A stretch of 5,572 nt of DNA from a virus. This document shows positions 1 to 5,473 of this stretch, one piece after another. Numbering within the stretch: position 1 is the stretch's first letter; each line of letters opens with the position of its first letter. Location of the stretch: the IMG/VR virus record IMGVR_UViG_3300029855_000069; one strand, written 5' to 3'. Position numbers and translations under genes: made by a program. The notes under the pieces were generated by a model. The model ran no database searches. It had not been told where the DNA came from and saw only the letters and a list, made by a program, of their open reading frames with translations.

Positions 1-99
1 CTGAAAAACCGCATGGTTGTCACTTTCGTTTTCAGGTCGTACCAGTTCTACTTGATGTAACTGGTACGACTGACACCAATGTTGAATTGGTGTACTAAA
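1..99. repeat. Terminal direct repeat, exact copy of 5474..5572. It is an artefact or indicator of a circular genome (unit length ~5473 nt).
   Basis: Bases 1..99 (ctgaaaaaccgcatgg...ggtgtactaaa) recur verbatim at 5474..5572, which ends exactly at the window end. Confidence 0.9.
36..70 (+). promoter_or_regulatory. Putative rolling-circle origin hairpin: 12-bp perfect stem (36..47 / 59..70) with an 11-nt loop CTACTTGATGT containing the phiX174-like nick core ACTTG|AT.
   Basis: gtcgtaccagtt (36..47) is the exact reverse complement of aactggtacgac (59..70). Loop 48..58 resembles the phiX ori CAACTTG|ATATTAATAAC. The hairpin lies in the intergenic region between VP3 and VP1. Confidence 0.55.
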
Positions 100-124
100 T
101 ACAGATGCTAGGAGATGTATAAAA

Positions 125-1825
125 ATGTCAAAAAGAGCTACTCAGCACAGCTTTGCTATAAGCCCGCAAAATCAGATTCCCCGTTCTTCTTTCAAGCGTT
201 CGCATACAGTAAAAACCACACTGGATGCAGGTCGACTTGTTCCGTTTTATATCGATGAAGTCTACCCCGGTGATACTTTTAATTGTAAGGCGACGCTTTT
301 TGGTCGTATGGCTACGCCGATTGTTCCGGCGATGGATAATGCTTATATGGATACTTTTTTCTTTTTCGTTCCGTACCGTCTTCTTTGGAAGCACTGGAAG
401 GAGTTTAATGGCGAAAATCCGCTTGCCGGTTATCAGAGTACAGAGTATGAAGTACCGCAGATGACGGCCACCAATGCGCAGGTTCAGACGCTTTGGGACT
501 ATTTCGGTTTTCCGACCGATGTAAAAAATAAGCTTTCGGTTTCTGCTTTCCCTTTTAGAGCGTATTGGAAGATTTATAATGATTGGTTCCGCGACGAAAA
601 TCTTCAAAACGCTGTGTCCATTCAGACCGGTGCGCCGCTTTCTTCGACTTCCTCCGAAGATGATGCATATGGTGGTGATGCTACGCAGGATGCTACGACT
701 GCACAGTGTTTCTATCGTGGTAAGCGACATGACTATTTCACAAGCGCTTTACCGTGGCCGCAGAAAGGCCCTGGTGTAGAATTGCCGCTTGGCCAAACTG
801 CTTCTGTTTCCGGCTCTTTACCTCTTAGTGCCTATGCTTATGTTCCTAAGCCGACGAGTGATTGGTCGGTAGATAGTCCGAGTTTGTATGTCCATTCAGA
901 ATCTAATGCTTTTCAAACTCCTGATTTTTCTCCTGTAAATTTGCAAGGCGCCATTAAAGTTCCTTCTAATAGTGGTCCAATTACTCAAGATGTTCCTTTG
1001 CAGCTTAATATAGCTGGTACTGCTGATGCAACTAAAGCTACGGTCGATTTGTCTAGTGCGACAGCGATTACTATTAACAGCTTGCGTTCTGCATTTGCGC
1101 TTCAACGTTTTTATGAAAAAGATGCTCGTGGTGGTACCCGATATACTGAAATTATTCGCTCACATTTCGGTATTATTTCGCCTGATGCTCGGTTGCAACG
1201 CAGTGAGTATCTCGGTGGCGATTCAACACCAATTATGTTCAATCCTGTTCAACAGACGTCTTCTACGGACACTACGTCCCCGCAGGGCAACTTGTCTGCG
1301 TATGCTTTAATGAGTACGCGTGTTCACGGCTTTAATAAGTCGTTTACCGAACATGGAATTGTGATCGGTTTATGTAATATTCGTACCGATTTAAGTTATC
1401 AGCAAGGCATTAATAAGACCTGGCTTAGACAAACCCGTGAAGAATTCTATTGGCCTACCTTCGCCCATCTTGGCGAACAAGCTGTTCTTAATAAAGAAAT
1501 TTACGCGCAGGGTACTGAGAGTGACGACCAAGTTTTTGGTTATCAAGAACGTTATGCTGAATGCCGTTACCATCCTTCTATCATTACCGGCAAGATGCGC
1601 TCGACATATGCACAGAGTACGGATGTATGGCATTTTGCGCAAAAATTCGATGCGCTTCCCGCTCTCAATGGTGAGTTCATCCAAGACCAGGCCAGCTATC
1701 AAGCTATTAAGCGTATTAGTGCGGTGCAGTCTGAACCCCAGTTTTATCTTGATGCGTATTTAGATTTAAAATGTGCTCGCCCGATGCCGGTTTACGGCGT
1801 CCCTGGCATGCTTGATCACTTCTAA
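125..1825 (+). CDS. VP1: Microviridae major capsid protein VP1 (phiX174 F-protein family), 566 aa
   Basis: The length is typical of gokushovirus VP1. The N-terminal PRSSFKRSH.VKTTLDAGRLVP and the LQRFYEKDARGGTRYTEIIRSHFG block are hallmark gokushovirus VP1 motifs. AGGAG Shine-Dalgarno lies 10 nt upstream of the ATG. Confidence 0.95.
   Translation: MSKRATQHSFAISPQNQIPRSSFKRSHTVKTTLDAGRLVPFYIDEVYPGDTFNCKATLFGRMATPIVPAMDNAYMDTFFFFVPYRLLWKHWKEFNGENPLAGYQSTEYEVPQMTATNAQVQTLWDYFGFPTDVKNKLSVSAFPFRAYWKIYNDWFRDENLQNAVSIQTGAPLSSTSSEDDAYGGDATQDATTAQCFYRGKRHDYFTSALPWPQKGPGVELPLGQTASVSGSLPLSAYAYVPKPTSDWSVDSPSLYVHSESNAFQTPDFSPVNLQGAIKVPSNSGPITQDVPLQLNIAGTADATKATVDLSSATAITINSLRSAFALQRFYEKDARGGTRYTEIIRSHFGIISPDARLQRSEYLGGDSTPIMFNPVQQTSSTDTTSPQGNLSAYALMSTRVHGFNKSFTEHGIVIGLCNIRTDLSYQQGINKTWLRQTREEFYWPTFAHLGEQAVLNKEIYAQGTESDDQVFGYQERYAECRYHPSIITGKMRSTYAQSTDVWHFAQKFDALPALNGEFIQDQASYQAIKRISAVQSEPQFYLDAYLDLKCARPMPVYGVPGMLDHF
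767..1069 (+). other. Low-complexity S/T/A/P-rich insertion region inside VP1; probable hypervariable surface ('mushroom'-type) loop
   Basis: VP1 residues ~215-315 (GQTASVSGSLPLSAYAYVPKPTSDWSVDSPS...TADATKATVDLSSATAI) lack the conserved-core character and lie between conserved blocks, as for the gokushovirus VP1 IN5 insertion. Confidence 0.45.
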
Positions 1826-1841
1826 AAGGAGTTGATGATAT

Positions 1842-2885
1842 ATGAGTTTCTTATCGTCGGTTGCCGGCGCTGCACTCGGCATTTGGTCGGGTAATAAATC
1901 GGCTAATGCCCAGGCTGCACTTTCGCGTGAGCAAATGCAATGGCAATCACAAGAAGCACAAAAAACTCGCGATTGGCAAGAAAAAATGTCTTCTACGGCT
2001 CATCAGCGTGAGATCGAAGATCTGCGTAAAGCTGGATTAAATCCCATGTTGTCGGCAATGGGCGGTAACGGTGCTAGTACGCCTGCTGGTGCGACTGCTA
2101 GCTACTCGTCTAATGCGTATACTGGTTATGGTTCTGATGTGTCTAACGGTATTAATGCGATGTCCGGTATGTATTCTGCGAAGACAAATCGAAAGATTCA
2201 ACAGCAGCAAGAAAAAAACTTGGAACAGCAAAATTTGAATCTTAGTGCAGATACATATAAAAAGACGCAGGAAGGTCGTGCTGCATCGACTGAAGCAGAT
2301 TATAAAAAGGCTATGTTAGAGACTCAATTAGTGCAGCTACTTGCTGATGCGAATAATTTACAAGCTAACGCTGATTTTACAAACGGCGTCGGCACTGCGA
2401 AAGCACAGTCTGAGATTGATAAATACAATGCTGAAACTCGGTATATTAGTGGCCCGCAGACGGATGTCGCGAATGCGACGACTGCGAATTTAGGAGCGCA
2501 GACAAACCGGATTAATGCTTTACTGCCACATGAAATCGCGAAAATTGATAGCGATATCGAAAAAAATGTACATGAAATTTTACGAATTGATTCTGAAACG
2601 AGTTTAAATCAGGTTAAAATGATGACTGAAAAGTATGTGCAAGGCGAACTTAGTGCTCGATCGCTTGTTGAGTATTTGCAAGCTAAAGGTCAGACTGAAG
2701 ATAATGCGCTAAAGTTTGTAAATCGTGTGCGCGCTCAGATAGATCTAAAACAGTATCAAATTCAGAATCGCTATTCTGGTGTTACTCCGCAAGGCCCTTA
2801 TGAACTTTTGGGCCGCATTCTTGGTAATGCGAAAGGTCTTGTTGATGCTTCCCCGTTTGGCCTTGTCACGCAGGTTTTTAAGTGA
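1842..2885 (+). CDS. VP2: Minor capsid / DNA pilot protein VP2 (H-protein analogue), 347 aa
   Basis: Hydrophobic N-terminus (FLSSVAGAALGIWSG), a Q/A/N-rich coiled-coil-like body and the conserved HQREIEDLRKAGLNPML segment typical of gokushovirus VP2. It lies immediately after VP1. AAGGAGTTGAT Shine-Dalgarno lies 10 nt before the ATG. Confidence 0.85.
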   Translation: MSFLSSVAGAALGIWSGNKSANAQAALSREQMQWQSQEAQKTRDWQEKMSSTAHQREIEDLRKAGLNPMLSAMGGNGASTPAGATASYSSNAYTGYGSDVSNGINAMSGMYSAKTNRKIQQQQEKNLEQQNLNLSADTYKKTQEGRAASTEADYKKAMLETQLVQLLADANNLQANADFTNGVGTAKAQSEIDKYNAETRYISGPQTDVANATTANLGAQTNRINALLPHEIAKIDSDIEKNVHEILRIDSETSLNQVKMMTEKYVQGELSARSLVEYLQAKGQTEDNALKFVNRVRAQIDLKQYQIQNRYSGVTPQGPYELLGRILGNAKGLVDASPFGLVTQVFK

Positions 2886-2981
2886 TCTCGGTTTTCCCTT
2901 GATTGCCCTGGTGAAATTGTTTTACTCTCGTATTAGTGGAACGGTGACGTACTGTGGCGTTTAGCCTATCATCCCTTTCTA

Positions 2982-3010
2982 TTGACATTCTGTTAGATAT
3001 ATGTTAGAAT
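2982..3010 (+). promoter_or_regulatory. Near-consensus sigma70-type promoter: TTGACA (2982..2987), 17-nt spacer, TAGAAT (3005..3010)
   Basis: Perfect -35 hexamer, a 5/6 match to the -10 hexamer and the optimal 17-nt spacer, about 20 nt upstream of the start of the small-gene/rep cluster (ATG 3030). Confidence 0.55.
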
Positions 3011-3029
3011 AATAACAGAGGTGATAGAT

Positions 3030-3194
3030 ATGAGAAAAACTCGTAGTATTTATTGTTCAGATGATGAGTACAAGCATCTGAAGATCGCATTACGTTTTAT
3101 GCGCGTTTTTGATGCGCTGTCGGTTGATGACTTGTCTGATGAGCAGCGGTCTAAGTATTTCCTGGAAATCATAAAAGGAGATGATGAAGAATGA
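3030..3194 (+). CDS. Hypothetical small acidic protein, 54 aa (MRKTRSIYCSDDEYKHLKIALRFMRVFDALSVDDLSDEQRSKYFLEIIKGDDEE)
   Basis: Translated by hand; not in the supplied ORF track. AGAGG Shine-Dalgarno lies 8 nt upstream and the gene is immediately downstream of the promoter. Its stop TGA overlaps the ATG of the next gene (ATGA). Confidence 0.5.
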   Translation: MRKTRSIYCSDDEYKHLKIALRFMRVFDALSVDDLSDEQRSKYFLEIIKGDDEE

Positions 3195-3286
3195 AAGTTG
3201 GTACTCCGGTCGCGTTGTTTTGTTGGCTTGTACTAGCCATTTTAGTTGTCTCCTTAGTGATTAGTATATTGGATGTTTTTTTATAA
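3191..3286 (+). CDS. 31-aa single-pass transmembrane peptide (MKVGTPVALFCWLVLAILVVSLVISILDVFL); candidate lysis/membrane-targeting peptide
   Basis: AAGGAG (3175..3180) lies exactly 10 nt before ATG 3191, the same spacing as five other genes in this genome. ATGA overlap with the upstream gene. Its stop TAA overlaps the Shine-Dalgarno box of the downstream gene. About 22 consecutive hydrophobic residues. Confidence 0.5.
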   Translation: MKVGTPVALFCWLVLAILVVSLVISILDVFL

Positions 3287-3300
3287 GGAGTTGATGTTGT

Positions 3301-3414
3301 ATGAAACGACAAAAAATGAGTAAAAAAAAGAGTAATAAAAACTTCCGTCGCGGAATGACAGTTAATCCGAAAAATAAGCGCCCCATCCCCATGCGCGGTG
3401 GTTTTAGAATGTAA
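3301..3414 (+). CDS. 37-aa highly basic peptide (MKRQKMSKKKSNKNFRRGMTVNPKNKRPIPMRGGFRM); DNA-binding/packaging protein analogous to phiX174 J / gokushovirus ORF8
   Basis: 14 of 37 residues are K/R. AAGGAGTTGAT Shine-Dalgarno with 10-nt spacing. The gene sits directly upstream of rep. Missed by the ORF track because of its size. Confidence 0.6.
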   Translation: MKRQKMSKKKSNKNFRRGMTVNPKNKRPIPMRGGFRM

Positions 3415-3448
3415 TGTTAGTTTTGATTTTCCCTGGAGTTGATTTGTC

Positions 3449-4366
3449 ATGCCATGCTATCATCCTATTCCAATGTGGTATAGTAAAGAGATAAATAAAG
3501 AAACTGGCAAACGCTCTTTGACGGCGAATTATGGTAATGCCTGGCGCCCACTTGGTCGGCTTCCGGAGACAATTTATGTTCCGTGTGGCCAGTGTGTCGG
3601 CTGTCGGCTTGAGTATAGCCGACAGTGGGCCATGCGTTGTGTACATGAGTTTGAAACAGCCGGTCGTGTTGGATCCTTCCTCACTCTTACATATAGTCCC
3701 GAACATTTGCCGGAAGATGGTAGAGTTCATAAAGACGTTTTTCAAAAGTTCATGAAACGTCTTCGAAAACGGTTTGGTAGCGGCCTTCGCTTCTTCGCTT
3801 GTGGTGAATACGGCCACAAGTTTAAAAGACCGCACTATCATGCAGTTATTTTTGGCTTGCGATTCCCGGATTTAATGATCCATACAGTTAAGCACGGTTT
3901 CCAGTATTATCGTAGTCCTACATTGGAGAAGTTGTGGCCCTACGGATTCAGCTTGATCGGCAGCGTTACGTTTGAGTCGTGCGCTTATGTTGCTCGTTAT
4001 GTGATGAAAAAGCAGAAAGGTGATAATGTTGACGAATCTTTGCAGCCGTTTGTCTTAATGTCACGCATGCCAGGCCTTGGCCATGATTGGTATGAAAAGT
4101 ATAAAAGCCAGGTTTATCCGAACGACTTCATTGTCGTCCGTGACGGTGTGACTTGTAAGCCCCCCGCATATTATGATTCCTTGTTAGAAAAGGACGATCC
4201 CGATTTGTATGAGAAAGTTAAAGAGGCCCGCCAAGACAAGTATCGTCGTGACGAGTCAATGACAACGGAAGAGTATGAAATTGCTCAGATCCAAGAGCGG
4301 TTAAAGGCTCGTAAGCTAACTAAACTTGTACGCCGGCTGCATGACGATGTAGATATGTACGAGTAA
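3449..4366 (+). CDS. VP4: Replication initiation protein VP4 (rolling-circle Rep, phiX174 gpA superfamily), 305 aa
   Basis: RCR motif I FLTLTY, motif II PHYHAVIFG (HUH) and motif III AYVARYVMKK (Y-x-x-x-Y catalytic tyrosines, cf. phiX gpA), plus the CGQCVGC cysteine cluster conserved in gokushovirus VP4. GGAGTTGAT Shine-Dalgarno lies 10 nt upstream. Confidence 0.93.
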   Translation: MPCYHPIPMWYSKEINKETGKRSLTANYGNAWRPLGRLPETIYVPCGQCVGCRLEYSRQWAMRCVHEFETAGRVGSFLTLTYSPEHLPEDGRVHKDVFQKFMKRLRKRFGSGLRFFACGEYGHKFKRPHYHAVIFGLRFPDLMIHTVKHGFQYYRSPTLEKLWPYGFSLIGSVTFESCAYVARYVMKKQKGDNVDESLQPFVLMSRMPGLGHDWYEKYKSQVYPNDFIVVRDGVTCKPPAYYDSLLEKDDPDLYEKVKEARQDKYRRDESMTTEEYEIAQIQERLKARKLTKLVRRLHDDVDMYE

Positions 4367-4380
4367 ATGTCATTTGACAT
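4365..4380. promoter_or_regulatory. Palindrome AATGTCA-TT-TGACATT overlapping the rep stop codon; possible operator or weak terminator
   Basis: Perfect 7-bp inverted repeat with a 2-nt spacer, followed by TTT. TTGACA (4374..4379) inside it is also a perfect -35 hexamer. Confidence 0.35.
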
Positions 4381-4384
4381 TTTG

Positions 4385-4393
4385 CCCCCCCCC
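4385..4393. repeat. C9 homopolymer tract
   Basis: Nine consecutive C residues, counted directly in the sequence. Confidence 0.9.
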
Positions 4394-4412
4394 GTATGGT
4401 ACTGTTGTACTA

Positions 4413-4486
4413 GCGAGAGGGCATTTTTTTTTAAATTCAAAAAGAGCGATCCTTTTCTGTTACTTCAAGCAACACTTCCCTCTCGC
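4413..4486. repeat. 9-bp inverted repeat gcgagaggg / ccctctcgc flanking a 56-nt AT-rich spacer that contains the T9 tract
   Basis: 4413..4421 is the reverse complement of 4478..4486. Together with the adjacent 10-bp palindrome acatatatgt (4504..4513) it marks a structured non-coding region. Confidence 0.6.
4424..4432. repeat. T9 homopolymer tract
   Basis: Nine consecutive T residues, counted directly in the sequence. Confidence 0.9.
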
Positions 4487-4736
4487 GAAAGGAGGTATTT
4501 TGCACATATATGTACATCGGTCGTATGAATCTTTTGACCAGGTAGATTTGTGGCAAATTTATCGTAAAGTGCGTAATACTGATATTACGGATGTTATTTG
4601 TTTTTCGCCTTGGAAGACAAAGTATTTCCACGGAAGGAGTGAACTTAGAAATCACTATTCTCATGCGTATCTTACACGTTATTGTCGCCGCTGTTTTTGA
4701 TTTTATTCTTAATATTTTAAAAGGAGTTGTTACGAA

Positions 4737-5015
4737 ATGCTTAAGGTTTATTCAATCTTGGATGATAAGGCACAGTGCTTTAATACGCCGTACTTTGCCC
4801 AGAATGACCTGGTTGCTAGCCGTTCTTTTAGTGATTTGTGTAATGATAGTCGGAGTCTTGTTAGTCAGCACCTCGGCGATTTCCACTTGTATTGTCTAGG
4901 TGAGTTTGATGATGAAAAAGGTTTTCTCAAGCCTTATGATGTGCCTGCTTTTATTTGCCATGCAATGCAATGCGCTAATGTTGAAAGGAGCGAAGCGAAT
5001 GGAGATACGCTCTAG
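4737..5015 (+). CDS. Hypothetical protein, 92 aa; possibly the small ORF5/VP5-type protein of gokushoviruses (function unknown)
   Basis: AAGGAGTTGTT Shine-Dalgarno exactly 10 nt before the ATG. Its 3' end overlaps the VP3 start by 17 nt in another frame. No recognisable motif. Confidence 0.5.
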   Translation: MLKVYSILDDKAQCFNTPYFAQNDLVASRSFSDLCNDSRSLVSQHLGDFHLYCLGEFDDEKGFLKPYDVPAFICHAMQCANVERSEANGDTL

Positions 5016-5436
5016 ATATAATGCTGGTACTCGTGAGGGTTGGAAATCGTCTGTCCCTTCCATGACGCAGCAGCAGTTTAAGGACGAAGCAGATATCAAT
5101 TATATCGTTTCAATGTACGATTCTTCCGGCGTTATGCCGACTTTCCATGGTGACGGTCAGCCGGCGCAGCCTGTTTTCGGTGATTTTGCATCGCTGCCGG
5201 ATAATGCACAGGAGATGTACAATCGTATGATAGAAGCTAAAAGTAACTTTGACAATTTGCCCTTGGACGTTCGTAAGCGTTTTAATTATGACCCTGCTGC
5301 TTTCTTAGAGTTTGTCGATAATCCGGAAAATTTAGATGAGCTCGTGGCCATGGGTCTTGCTACTAAGACTGTTATTAAGTCTGATAATCATACGGAAAAT
5401 ACGGATAATAATGCAGGCGATAAAGCCAATGGATAA
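4999..5436 (+). CDS. VP3: Internal scaffolding protein VP3, 145 aa from ATG 4999 (the ORF-track start at 4900 is probably too far upstream)
   Basis: Contains the conserved gokushovirus VP3 motifs SMTQQQFKDEADINYIV and RKRFNYDPAAFLEFVDNPENL. AAGGAG (4985..4990) lies 8 nt before ATG 4999; the upstream ATG at 4900 has no Shine-Dalgarno box and lies inside the 92-aa gene. Confidence 0.85.
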   Translation: MEIRSRYNAGTREGWKSSVPSMTQQQFKDEADINYIVSMYDSSGVMPTFHGDGQPAQPVFGDFASLPDNAQEMYNRMIEAKSNFDNLPLDVRKRFNYDPAAFLEFVDNPENLDELVAMGLATKTVIKSDNHTENTDNNAGDKANG

Positions 5437-5473
5437 GCATTTTGTCAATAAATGTCACTTTTTCTCAGAAAAG

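Noticed and set aside
116-123. TG-TATAAA extended -10-like element just before the VP1 ATG
   Set aside because: It lies between the Shine-Dalgarno box and the start codon. A transcript initiated here would lack the VP1 ribosome-binding site and start codon context. It probably reflects AT-rich spacer sequence.
128-730. Minus-strand ORFs (128..730, 896..1105, 1391..1702, 2037..2231, 3169..3450, 3404..3841, 4437..4664, 4896..5099)
   Set aside because: All lie antisense to strongly supported capsid and Rep genes, lack Shine-Dalgarno boxes, and Microviridae encode everything on the packaged (+) strand. They are chance open frames.
225-1763. Plus-strand alternate-frame ORFs inside VP1 (225..464, 579..779, 1026..1310, 1437..1763)
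   Set aside because: No ribosome-binding sites. Their compositions, rich in R, L and F, are typical of off-frame translation of a real gene.
2779-2964. 61-aa ORF overlapping the VP2 3' end
   Set aside because: No Shine-Dalgarno box, it is an off-frame read of VP2, and it runs into a region better explained as the promoter-proximal intergenic spacer.
4374-4700. 108-aa ORF in the track, starting at TTG directly after rep
   Set aside because: TTG start without a Shine-Dalgarno box. It spans the C9 and T9 tracts and several inverted repeats, which is more consistent with a regulatory non-coding region. A shorter in-frame product from about 4500 cannot be excluded but has no support.
4900-4998. 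ORF-track start of VP3 at 4900 (178 aa)
   Set aside because: There is no Shine-Dalgarno box and the stretch lies inside the 92-aa gene. The in-frame ATG at 4999 has AAGGAG 8 nt upstream and yields a 145-aa product of typical VP3 size.
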